62,117 bases of DNA, taken from assembly GCA_013694695.1 (NCBI GenBank), contig JACDBX010000111.1:1-62117 (forward strand), in the 5' to 3' direction. Positions 16,878-27,467 of the stretch are shown here, piece after piece (within the stretch, counting starts at the first letter, position 1; each line of letters opens with the position of its first letter). This DNA comes from Gemmatimonadales bacterium (GTDB lineage Bacteria; Gemmatimonadota; Gemmatimonadetes; Gemmatimonadales; GWC2-71-9). The notes under the pieces were generated by a model. It saw only the letters and a program-made list of their open reading frames with translations, was not told where the DNA came from and did not search any database. The translations under genes were made by a program, and so were the position numbers.

Positions 16878-18916
16878 CACTCGCTGACCGATGCAAGCGG
16901 CACGGCGTAACCGGCCTGCGGCATGATTCGCCGGGCGGCCCGGATCTGCGGCCCGCCGGGCCACATCGTCAGCAACCCGCCGATGACGAGCACCACGCCG
17001 CCGATCCAGAACCAGGACACCAATGGATTGACGACAATCTTGTACTGCGCCCGTTCGGTGCCGTCGGGCGTTCCGCCGAACACGACGTACAGGTCTTCGC
17101 GAAGGTCGGAGCGGATGCCGACCTCGGTCGAGGGCTCGAACGTGGGGTTGCCGAAAGAGTCGACGTGTTGGCGCTTCTCCGACTTGATCGATCCGATGCG
17201 GACGCCATCACGGGCGACGTCGAGCGTCGCCGCCGACACGTGCCGGTTCAGCGCAGCGTACTGCGACACGCCCAGGTGGGTGAGCGTATAGGTGTGGCCG
17301 TATGGCGATTCGATGGTGGCGCTTTCCAGCGGCGCCAGTTCGACCGTCTGCTCGGTGCGGAATGCCATCCCGGTGAACGCGATGAAATAGAGCACGATGC
17401 CGATGTGCACCACATAGCCGCCATAGCGCCGTCGATTTCGCCCCACCAGGTGCACCAGCGCGAGCAGCGCGTTCTCGGCGTGCAGCCGCATCCTGGCTCG
17501 CACACCGCGGGTGAACTCCTGGATCACCGTCACGGTCACGAAACCCGTGAGCGTCAGGGAGACCAGCGGGTAGAAAGCGCGCATCCCGAACCCGAGCATG
17601 GTCGCGAGCGTGACCAACCCGCCGAGGGTGGGAGCGATGAATTGGCGGCGCAGGTTGGCGGGGGAGGCCTTTCGCCAGGCGATCAGCGGTCCCACCCCGG
17701 TGAGCAGCAGGAGGAAGAGACCGAGCGGCACATTGACCCGATTGAAGAACGCCGGTCCGACGCTGATCTTGGTGCCGTGTACCGCCTCGGAGAGGATCGG
17801 AAAGAGCGTGCCCCACAGCACCGAGAATGCGATGCCCACGAGGGCCAGGTTGTTGTAGAGGAACGCCCCCTCTCGACTCAGCATTGACTCGAGCTTCGCC
17901 TCTGGCGCAAGCGCCGGCCAGCGGGTGTACAGCAGCGTGAACGACGCGATCGCCGTGACGAACAGGAAAGCCAGGAAGAAGTAGCCGACGTCGGACTGGG
18001 TGAACGAGTGCACCGACGCGATCACCCCCGAGCGGGTGATGAAGGTGCCGAAGATCGACAGCAGGAAGGTGCCGATCACCAGGCCCACGTTCCAGCGCTT
18101 CAGCATCCCCCGCTTTTCCTGGATCATCACCGAGTGGAGGAACGCGGTGAGCGTGAGCCAGGGATGCAGCGACGCGTTCTCGACCGGATCCCATGCCCAC
18201 ACCCCGCCCCACCCAAGCTCGATATACGCCCACCACATCCCGATGGTGATGCCGATGGAGAGGAAGAGCCACGACGCCAGGGCCCACTTTCGCATCGCGA
18301 TGATCCACCCGGTGTCGAGCCGCCGGGCGAGCAGCGCCGCGATCGCGAACGCGAACGGAATGGTGATGCTGATATAACCCAGGTAAAGCGTAGGGGGATG
18401 CGCGATCATCCCGGGGTTCTGGAGCTGCGGGTTGAGCCCGCGCCCATCGGGCGGCGTGAACGGCAGCCGCTCGAACGGATTGGCCCCGTCGCCGAAGAGC
18501 ATCACACCAACGAAGAACGCCAGCACGACGCTGGTGACACCAGCTACGTAGGGAAGGAGGTCACGATGCCTCGACGGCGTGAGGAGCTGCGCCAGCGCCC
18601 CGAAGATCGAGAGCACCACCGCCCAGAAGAGCAGCGAACCCTTCTGGCCAGCCCAGAACGCGGTGACGAGGTAGTAATCCGGGAGGTTGCGCGCGGTGTA
18701 GGCCGCGACGTACTCGATGTTGAAGTCGTGGGTGAAGAGCCCGCGCCAGAGCGCGACCGCAGCCACCAGCAGGGCCAGACATGCCGCATGTGCACCACGC
18801 GTGATCGATGTCGCGAGCGCGGGACGCGACTGCCACGGGACGAAGAAGGCCATGGCAGCCGTCCACAGTCCGATCAGCATGGCCGCCCAGAGGGCGAAAT
18901 CGCCGAGCAGGGTCAT
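16877..18916 (-). CDS. ccmF: cytochrome c heme lyase subunit CcmF
   Basis: 679 aa, polytopic, with WWD motif WGGVWAWDPVENASL. ATGA overlap with the ccmE stop. Confidence 0.95.
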   Translation of the reverse strand: MTLLGDFALWAAMLIGLWTAAMAFFVPWQSRPALATSITRGAHAACLALLVAAVALWRGLFTHDFNIEYVAAYTARNLPDYYLVTAFWAGQKGSLLFWAVVLSIFGALAQLLTPSRHRDLLPYVAGVTSVVLAFFVGVMLFGDGANPFERLPFTPPDGRGLNPQLQNPGMIAHPPTLYLGYISITIPFAFAIAALLARRLDTGWIIAMRKWALASWLFLSIGITIGMWWAYIELGWGGVWAWDPVENASLHPWLTLTAFLHSVMIQEKRGMLKRWNVGLVIGTFLLSIFGTFITRSGVIASVHSFTQSDVGYFFLAFLFVTAIASFTLLYTRWPALAPEAKLESMLSREGAFLYNNLALVGIAFSVLWGTLFPILSEAVHGTKISVGPAFFNRVNVPLGLFLLLLTGVGPLIAWRKASPANLRRQFIAPTLGGLVTLATMLGFGMRAFYPLVSLTLTGFVTVTVIQEFTRGVRARMRLHAENALLALVHLVGRNRRRYGGYVVHIGIVLYFIAFTGMAFRTEQTVELAPLESATIESPYGHTYTLTHLGVSQYAALNRHVSAATLDVARDGVRIGSIKSEKRQHVDSFGNPTFEPSTEVGIRSDLREDLYVVFGGTPDGTERAQYKIVVNPLVSWFWIGGVVLVIGGLLTMWPGGPQIRAARRIMPQAGYAVPLASVSE

Positions 18917-19347
18917 CGGCGGGTGAGGGTCCCCGCGGGTTCTTCCCAGACCGCCTCATAGCGCGATCCGCACTTGGCGATCACGTCGACAGCGTGGAAC
19001 ACCCCGTCACGACCGTACTTCCCCTCCACCACGACATCGATGTCGTTCGCGTCGGTGAAGGTGTCAGGCACCAACCCGACATACCGAACCGGGAACTCGG
19101 CCGTCCCGTCGCTGATGCGGAAGTCGATCTGCCGGCTGGCGACGTCGCGACTGATCGAGCCCCGAACGACCTTGGCGCTCACCTTCAGCCCGACGTCGTG
19201 GAATGTCGTGTCGTCACGAACGCGTTCGACGAGCTGGGTCGGCGTCAGGAAGTAGGTACCTGTCTGCCGGACACCTTCGACGATCAGGAGCGTCACCGCG
19301 CTGACGATCACGGCCGCGCCAATGGCAAATTTTGTGGCGGGCTTCAC
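18913..19347 (-). CDS. ccmE: heme chaperone CcmE, CXXXY (cysteine) variant
   Basis: 144 aa from GTG 19347 (GGAGAG 8 nt upstream). N-terminal TM helix and OB-fold region. The heme-binding position reads AKCGSRYE instead of AKHDENY. Confidence 0.85.
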   Translation of the reverse strand: MKPATKFAIGAAVIVSAVTLLIVEGVRQTGTYFLTPTQLVERVRDDTTFHDVGLKVSAKVVRGSISRDVASRQIDFRISDGTAEFPVRYVGLVPDTFTDANDIDVVVEGKYGRDGVFHAVDVIAKCGSRYEAVWEEPAGTLTRR

Positions 19348-19385
19348 GACATCTCTCCAGTGCTTGGCATGGTGCGGAATATAAG

Positions 19386-20864
19386 TCAGCCGGTGGCACC
19401 GTCCGCGTCGTCGGCCCATGCCAGCGCGGCGCCCACCGCACGCCGCCACTCCCGGCGTCGCGTTGCTCGATGGCCGGCGTCGACCACGGGCCGAAAGATG
19501 GTCAGCTCACCGATCCCCGCTGCGGCCCGGAGGGGTGCCCCGATCCCCGCCGCCGCGAGCCGGGCGGCCCCATACGCAGTGAGCTCCACCGCCGCCGGTC
19601 GCTCGACCGGCGCGCCGAGGAGGTCCGCCTGCGCCTGCATCAGCCAATTGTTCAGGCTCGCGCCGCCATCGACGCGCAGCGCCTCGACCCCTCCCATCGC
19701 CTCCACGAGGTCGACAGTGGAGTGCGCAATCGCCTCCAGGACGGCCCGGGCGAGGTGGGCTGAGGTGGTGCCACGGCTTATCCCGGTGATCGTCCCGCGC
19801 GCCTCCGCGTGCCAGTGCGGCGCCCCCAGTCCGGTGAACGCCGGGACCACCACCACGCCGCCGGTGTCGGGGACGCTCGCGGCCAAAGCCGCCGTGTCCG
19901 AAGCTTTCTCGATCAATCCGAGCCCATCGCGGAGCCACTGGACCGCCGCACCTGCGATGAAGACGCTGCCCTCGCTGGCCCACGCCATTTCATCACCGGC
20001 GGTCGCGGCGACGGTCGTGAGGATCCCCGGCGCGGCGTTCTCGGGCTGCGGCACATCCGCCCCGAGGTGGCGCAGCAAGAACGCGCCTGTGCCGTAGGTG
20101 ACCTTGGCCGCACCCGCCGTTTCGCACCCCTGCGCGTACAGCGCCGCCTGCTGGTCGCCCGCTAGGCCGCAAATCGGGATCTCGTGGCCGAACCACGAGG
20201 CCTGACACACCCCGAAGGATCCGGTACTCGGCACGATCTCCGGGAGTGCGGCGCGAGGCACGCTGAACAGGGCCAACAAGTCGGCATCCCAGGTGGCGGT
20301 GGTGACGTCGGCCAGCATCGTGCGCGACGCATTGGTGCGGTCGGTGACGTGCGCACCGCCGGTGAGGTTTGCCACCAGCCAGCTTTCGACGGTACCGAGC
20401 CGGAGCGTCCCCTGCGACACTCGACCGCGGAGCCCAGCGTCACGAAGGATCCACTCGAACTTGGTCGCCGAGAAATAGGGATCGATCAGGAGTCCGGTTC
20501 TCCGACGTATATCGTCGCCGTGTCCCATCGCCCGGAGCTCGGCGCAGCGCGCACTGGTCCGCCGGTCCTGCCAGACAATCGCCCGGCCAATCGGCGCCAT
20601 GGTCGCGGCGTCCCACGCCACCACCGTCTCTCGTTGATTCGTGATCCCGATCGCGTCAATGTGCACGCCGGCAGCGGCGATCGCGTCGCGGCCGGCGGCC
20701 ACGGCGGTCGACAGCAGGTCGGCGGGATCGTGCTCGACCTCGCCGGGTTGCGGGAAGAACTGGGGCACTTCCCGATAGCCGGCGCCGATCACCGACCCGT
20801 TGGCGTCTACGACGATCGCGGTCGAGCCTGTCGTTCCCTGGTCCAGCGCGAGGATGTTGGGCAT
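19386..20864 (-). CDS. glpK: glycerol kinase (FGGY carbohydrate kinase family)
   Basis: 492 aa. N-terminus ILALDQGTTGSTAIVVD...FPQPGEVEHDP. FGGY N- and C-domains. Confidence 0.82.
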   Translation of the reverse strand: MPNILALDQGTTGSTAIVVDANGSVIGAGYREVPQFFPQPGEVEHDPADLLSTAVAAGRDAIAAAGVHIDAIGITNQRETVVAWDAATMAPIGRAIVWQDRRTSARCAELRAMGHGDDIRRRTGLLIDPYFSATKFEWILRDAGLRGRVSQGTLRLGTVESWLVANLTGGAHVTDRTNASRTMLADVTTATWDADLLALFSVPRAALPEIVPSTGSFGVCQASWFGHEIPICGLAGDQQAALYAQGCETAGAAKVTYGTGAFLLRHLGADVPQPENAAPGILTTVAATAGDEMAWASEGSVFIAGAAVQWLRDGLGLIEKASDTAALAASVPDTGGVVVVPAFTGLGAPHWHAEARGTITGISRGTTSAHLARAVLEAIAHSTVDLVEAMGGVEALRVDGGASLNNWLMQAQADLLGAPVERPAAVELTAYGAARLAAAGIGAPLRAAAGIGELTIFRPVVDAGHRATRRREWRRAVGAALAWADDADGATG

Positions 20865-20903
20865 CCTCCATTATATGCCCGACACCCGCCACTATCTTTG
20901 GAC

Positions 20904-21689
20904 ATGACCTACTCCACCCTGCTCATCGAACGCGACGATGACGGTGTCGCCACCGTCACGATCAACCGTCCTGACAAGCTCAACGCCCTCAACGCCGCGG
21001 TGATCGCCGACCTGGCTGCCCTCGCCGGGCACCTGCGCGATGACGACAGTGTGCGCGGGTTGGTGCTGACCGGCGCCGGTCCGAAGGCATTTGTGGCGGG
21101 CGCCGACATCGCCGAGATCTCGGCGATCGACGGAGACGATGGCCGCGCCTTTGCGGAGCGCGGTCAGGCGGCGTTCCGGTCGCTGGAGCAGCTCGGCAAG
21201 CCTGTTGTCGCGGCGGTAAATGGCTTTGCACTGGGGGGCGGGTGCGAACTCGCGATGGCGTGTCATATCCGCCTCGCATCGCCCAATGCCCGGTTCGGCC
21301 AGCCAGAGGTGAAGCTCGGCGTCATCCCCGGGTACGGTGGCACGGTTCGGCTTCCACGCCTCATTGGTCGGGGCCGCGCCCTCGAGCTGCTGCTTACCGG
21401 TGCGATGATCGATGCCGAGGAAGCGCATCGCATCGGCCTCGTCAACCGGATCGTGCCGGCGGAGTCGCTGCTCGACGAAGCCCGCGCGATGGTCCGCACC
21501 ATCACCCAGATGGGACCCCTCGCGGTGCGACTCACGCTCGCCTCCGTGGATGAAGGGCTCGACGTTCAGATCGATACCGCACTAGCGCAGGAAGCCGAAA
21601 AGTTCGGTGCCTCGTGCGCAACCCATGACCGGGTCGAGGGCACGCGGGCGTTCATGGAGAAGCGTCCGGCGAAGTTCGTCGGCAAGTGA
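20904..21689 (+). CDS. enoyl-CoA hydratase/isomerase (crotonase) family protein
   Basis: 261 aa from ATG 20904. VATVTINRPDKLNALN, GAGPKAFVAGADI, NGFALGGGCELAMAC. Confidence 0.9.
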   Translation: MTYSTLLIERDDDGVATVTINRPDKLNALNAAVIADLAALAGHLRDDDSVRGLVLTGAGPKAFVAGADIAEISAIDGDDGRAFAERGQAAFRSLEQLGKPVVAAVNGFALGGGCELAMACHIRLASPNARFGQPEVKLGVIPGYGGTVRLPRLIGRGRALELLLTGAMIDAEEAHRIGLVNRIVPAESLLDEARAMVRTITQMGPLAVRLTLASVDEGLDVQIDTALAQEAEKFGASCATHDRVEGTRAFMEKRPAKFVGK

Positions 21690-21699
21690 TCGACTGACA

Positions 21700-22770
21700 A
21701 TGCGGGCGGTGACGCTGGTGGTGCGGGGTTTTCGGAACCTTGCCGACGCCGAGTTCGCCGTGCCCGAAGCTGGCGTGGCGTTGGTCGGTCCCAACGGCCA
21801 CGGCAAGACCAACCTGATCGAGGCGCTTGCGTACCCGGTGCTCCTGCGGTCGCTGCGCGGTGCGCGCGACCGGGACCTGGTTCGCTTCGGGGGCCCGGGC
21901 TTCCATGTCGGTCTCGATCGCGATCAGGGCCCCTCCATCCGGATCACGTACGTCGCGGAGGCGGCACGCAAGACGGTGCTGATCGACGGCGCCGAGCAGC
22001 GAACGATTACGGAAGCACTTGGGCATTGGCTGGCCGTCGCGTTCCTCCCGGCCGACATCTCGATCGTTCAGGGGGGTGCGCTGGAGCGCCGGAAATGGCT
22101 CGACAGGCTCCTTTCGCTGGCCGACCCTCATTATCTTTCGGGGTTGCTTCGGTACCGCGCGGCGCTCGCCCAGCGCAACGCCGCTCTCAGGGCTGGCGAT
22201 GCTGCAGCTGCTGCTGCGTTCGAGCCCGCGCTGGCGAGCTACGGTGCGGCGGTCACGGCCGCGCGGCTGGCTTGGGCGGAGGCCGCCGCATCTGGCTGGC
22301 AGGCCGAACTCGACGCCTTGGGTGAGACCGGAGAGGTGGGCCTGCGCTACCGCGGTGACGACGCGCTCATCGACCCCGCTGCGTGGCCCGATCGGCTCGC
22401 CGCCAGTCGGCGCCGTGACCTCCAGCAGGGGCAGACCCACGTCGGCCCGCAGCGCGACGACCTGGTGCTCACGCTCGACGGCCGAGCCCTCCGCGCCTAC
22501 GGCTCGACCGGGCAGCAACGTGCCGCCGCGATTGCGCTCCGGTTGCTGGAGCTCGAGACGATTCGCCGGGAACGCTCGGCCGAACCCGCCCTGCTGGTGG
22601 ACGATGTGTTTGCGGCGCTCGACGGAGACCGCCAGGCCAGGTTGGCGTGCCGACTGATGCGTGGCCAGGCACAACGGGTGGTGGCGGCGCCGCGGGCGGC
22701 GAGCCTCCCCACAGAGCTCGATCTCCCACGATGGTCTGTCGATCACGGCGTGGTGCGGGAGGACGGATGA
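21700..22770 (+). CDS. recF: DNA replication and repair protein RecF
   Basis: 356 aa from ATG 21700. FRNL...GPNGHGKTNLIEA Walker A, SMC-like signature GSTGQQRAAAIALRL, Walker B LLVDDV. Confidence 0.9.
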   Translation: MRAVTLVVRGFRNLADAEFAVPEAGVALVGPNGHGKTNLIEALAYPVLLRSLRGARDRDLVRFGGPGFHVGLDRDQGPSIRITYVAEAARKTVLIDGAEQRTITEALGHWLAVAFLPADISIVQGGALERRKWLDRLLSLADPHYLSGLLRYRAALAQRNAALRAGDAAAAAAFEPALASYGAAVTAARLAWAEAAASGWQAELDALGETGEVGLRYRGDDALIDPAAWPDRLAASRRRDLQQGQTHVGPQRDDLVLTLDGRALRAYGSTGQQRAAAIALRLLELETIRRERSAEPALLVDDVFAALDGDRQARLACRLMRGQAQRVVAAPRAASLPTELDLPRWSVDHGVVREDG

Positions 22771-23084
22771 TCGACCGGAAAAATCAGCCGGTCCCGCTGG
22801 GCGACGCGCTCGAGGCGTGGCTGACGCGGCGCGGCTTCAGCAAGCGTCTCGAGCAGGCAACAGTAGTCGAGGCATGGGCGGAGCTGGTCGGTCCGCAAAT
22901 TTCGGCCGTCACGCGGGCGCTGTCGGTGACCCCGGACGGCACACTGATGGTTCGCGTGGCGAGCCATGGATGGGCCACCGAACTCGGCCTGATGACACCG
23001 CGGATCCTGGCGCGTGTGAACGGTTCACGTGCCCACCGGGTCCTGCACATTCGATGGATGGTCGGAGCACTCGACCAACCCTGA
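22767..23084 (+). CDS. dciA: DUF721 / DciA family protein
   Basis: 105 aa with ATGA overlap with the recF stop. Conserved recF-DUF721-gyrB position. The sequence pattern (PLGDALEAWLTRRGF...VEAWAELVGPQI...GTLMVRVASHGWATEL) fits DUF721. Confidence 0.72.
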   Translation: MIDRKNQPVPLGDALEAWLTRRGFSKRLEQATVVEAWAELVGPQISAVTRALSVTPDGTLMVRVASHGWATELGLMTPRILARVNGSRAHRVLHIRWMVGALDQP

Positions 23085-23095
23085 TGCACACCTGA

Positions 23096-25048
<1,953 letters not shown>

Positions 25049-25057
25049 GCAGTCAGC

Positions 25058-25312
25058 TCAGAGCACGCCCGGGAGGCGGTTTCCACCGCTTCCCGGCGTG
25101 CCAGGTCCCCAGTCATCCGGGTCGTCGACCGCCTCCTGGATCGGCATCGCCGCGGGGTCATTGCGAACATCCCGCTCTGCATCCGCAAGCTCTCCGGTGT
25201 CGATCCGCGTGGTGATGTCGTCTTCCGGGGCCACCGCGCGCCCGGCCTTCCCGATCCCGATCAACCAGACGAACAGCACCGCCAGCAGTCCCAGCCCGAT
25301 GTAGAAGCCCAT
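25058..25312 (-). CDS. small membrane protein (hypothetical)
   Basis: 84 aa from ATG 25312 (GGGAGGG Shine-Dalgarno). One TM helix and an acidic tail. It lies directly downstream of deoA. Confidence 0.5.
   Translation of the reverse strand: MGFYIGLGLLAVLFVWLIGIGKAGRAVAPEDDITTRIDTGELADAERDVRNDPAAMPIQEAVDDPDDWGPGTPGSGGNRLPGVL
25069..25096. terminator. 11-bp hairpin (one G-U pair) 21 nt after the gyrB stop, inside the 3' end of the convergent small gene
   Basis: CCGGGAGGCGG (25069-25079) pairs with CCGCTTCCCGG (25086-25096). There is no U-tract, so its function is uncertain. Confidence 0.25.
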
Positions 25313-25313
25313 T

Positions 25314-26645
25314 TCATCCCTCCCACGGTGTCGTGTGTTCATGGGTGACGCGCCAGCCGATCAGCGGCAACACCACCGGCGCGTCGTCACCGATCGTGAT
25401 CGCAGCGCCCACCTCGCTGCGCGCGCGCTCGGCATCGATCGCACTGCGGGCATGCACCCTCGCGATGAGGTCGCCTGCGGCGACCATCTGGCCCGGCTTG
25501 ACGAGCACCTCGAGCCCGACCTCCGGACGGACCATGTCGTCCACCGTACGCCGGCCGCCGCCGAGCTCCACGATCACGCGGCCGAGCGGACGCGGCGCAA
25601 CTGCGGTGACGGTTCCCCCATCAACGGCATTGACATCAATGATCGTATCGGCCGATGGAAGCATGTCGGGGCGCGTCGCCACGTCGGCATTCCCGCCCTG
25701 AGCGGCGACCATCATCGCCAACCGCTCGAGCGCGTCGCCGCTACGGATCGCTCGTTCGAGCATCGACCGCGCGGTACCGTCATTTACCGCAAGCCCCGAG
25801 AGGCGGAGCATCTCGATGCCGAGCGCCATGGTGACCTCCATCAGGTCGGGGGGCCCGTCGCCGGAGAGGCCGGCAATGGCCTCCCGCATCTCGAGTGCGT
25901 TGCCGCACGCGATCCCGAGCGGGCGGTCCATCGCGGTTACCAGGGCGACCACCGGACAGCCCCGGGTACGCCCCAACCCGATCATGGTGCGGGCGAGCTC
26001 GAGGGCGCGCGCCGACTCCGGCAGGAAGGCCCCAGACCCGTGTTTGACGTCGAGGACCAGGCCGTCGAGGCCCTCTGCGAGCTTTTTCGACATGATGCTG
26101 GCCGCGATGAGCGGAATCGACTCGACCGTGGCGGTCACGTCGCGAAGCGCGTACAGCTTGCGATCGGCGGGGGCGATCTCCGCCGTCTGCCCGAGCATCA
26201 CCAGGCCGATCTCGCGAGCCTGCCGCACGGCACGATCGAGTTTCAGGTCGGTCCGGAAGCCGGGAATCGCCTCCAGCTTGTCGAGCGTTCCGCCGGTGTG
26301 ACCCAGCCCACGTCCAGACATCATGGGCACCACGGCACCACACGCCGCCAGCATCGGGGCGAGCAGCAGCGACGTCTTGTCCCCGACTCCGCCGGTCGAG
26401 TGCTTGTCGATGACCGGGCGGTTCTCGTCGGAGAAGTCCATTCGGTCACCCGACGCGAGCATCGAATCGGTCAGCGCGGACAGCTCATCGGGGTCGAGGC
26501 CGCGGAAGTACACGGCCATCGCCAACGCGGCCATCTGGTAGTCGGGCAGCGAGCCGTTTGCGTACGCATCAATGATCCCGCGCCACTCATCGTCGCGGAG
26601 GGAGCCACCATCTCGCTTGCGCTCAATCAGGGGCGGAACAACCAT
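25314..26645 (-). CDS. deoA: thymidine phosphorylase / pyrimidine-nucleoside phosphorylase
   Basis: 443 aa. IERKRDGGSL, DYQMAALAMAVYFRG, DKHSTGGVGDKTSL. Confidence 0.92.
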   Translation of the reverse strand: MVVPPLIERKRDGGSLRDDEWRGIIDAYANGSLPDYQMAALAMAVYFRGLDPDELSALTDSMLASGDRMDFSDENRPVIDKHSTGGVGDKTSLLLAPMLAACGAVVPMMSGRGLGHTGGTLDKLEAIPGFRTDLKLDRAVRQAREIGLVMLGQTAEIAPADRKLYALRDVTATVESIPLIAASIMSKKLAEGLDGLVLDVKHGSGAFLPESARALELARTMIGLGRTRGCPVVALVTAMDRPLGIACGNALEMREAIAGLSGDGPPDLMEVTMALGIEMLRLSGLAVNDGTARSMLERAIRSGDALERLAMMVAAQGGNADVATRPDMLPSADTIIDVNAVDGGTVTAVAPRPLGRVIVELGGGRRTVDDMVRPEVGLEVLVKPGQMVAAGDLIARVHARSAIDAERARSEVGAAITIGDDAPVVLPLIGWRVTHEHTTPWEG

Positions 26646-26687
26646 TCATCCTCCGGGACCTTCCGGGCAACGACGGAGCTGGTGAAC

Positions 26688-27467
26688 GTGATTCGTGCGC
26701 GGGTGCTGCTGCTGATTGCCATGGGGGCGCCGAGTGCGGGTGCTGCGCAAGCCGCACCGCTGATCGCGGGCCGTGCCGCGATGGAGGCGATGGACCTCCC
26801 TGCCGCGCGTCGGAACCTCGAGGCCGCGGTCGCCCGGGATCCATCGGGGTACGAGGCAAACTGGCGGCTCGCGCTCGTGCTGCTCGACCTCGGGAAGCAG
26901 GTCCGCGATGATGCCGGGCGGTCCGAACGCGACTCTCTCTATGCCCTGTCGGAAAGGTACGCGCGCCGCGCCGTGGCGGCGAACGAGCGGGGTGCGGACG
27001 GGCACTTCGCGCTCGCCAACGCGCTTGGTCGCTCAGCGCTCACGCGCGGGACGAAAGCGCGGATTCGCATTGCCGGCGAGATCCGCTCGGAGGCGGAACG
27101 GGCGATCGCGCTCGACCCGCGTCACCACGGTGCACTCCACGTGTTGGGCCGATGGCACGCCGAGATCCGCCGGCTCTCCGGCACCGAGCGCTTTCTGGCC
27201 CGCACATTCATGGGCGGCGGGATCCTCGGATCGGCATCATGGGATGCGGCCGAATCGAACCTGGTGGCGGCGGTTCGGTACGGACCCGACGTGATCTACC
27301 ACCGACTCGACCTCGCCGAGGTGTTGACGGAGCGAGAGAAGTGGGCAGCGGCGCGGGCCCAGCTCGACACCCTTGCGCGTCTTCCGGTGCGTGATCCGAT
27401 GGACACGCTGTATCAGGCGCGCGGTCAGGCGCTGGGCAACCGGATCGCGCGCCGGGGCCGGCAGTGA
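26688..27467 (+). CDS. secreted TPR-like repeat protein
   Basis: About 259 aa from GTG 26688 (GGAG 9 nt upstream; GTG 26682 is an alternative). Signal peptide VLLLIAMGAPSAGAAQA, helical repeats. Its stop overlaps the ligA GTG (GTGA). The upstream part of the 710-aa track ORF is antisense to deoA. Confidence 0.6.
   Translation: MIRARVLLLIAMGAPSAGAAQAAPLIAGRAAMEAMDLPAARRNLEAAVARDPSGYEANWRLALVLLDLGKQVRDDAGRSERDSLYALSERYARRAVAANERGADGHFALANALGRSALTRGTKARIRIAGEIRSEAERAIALDPRHHGALHVLGRWHAEIRRLSGTERFLARTFMGGGILGSASWDAAESNLVAAVRYGPDVIYHRLDLAEVLTEREKWAAARAQLDTLARLPVRDPMDTLYQARGQALGNRIARRGRQ

Noticed and set aside
25335-26687. 5' two-thirds of the 710-aa plus-strand track ORF
   Set aside because: It is antisense to thymidine phosphorylase. 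Only the 3' part (from GTG 26688, signal peptide plus TPR-like repeats) looks like a real protein.
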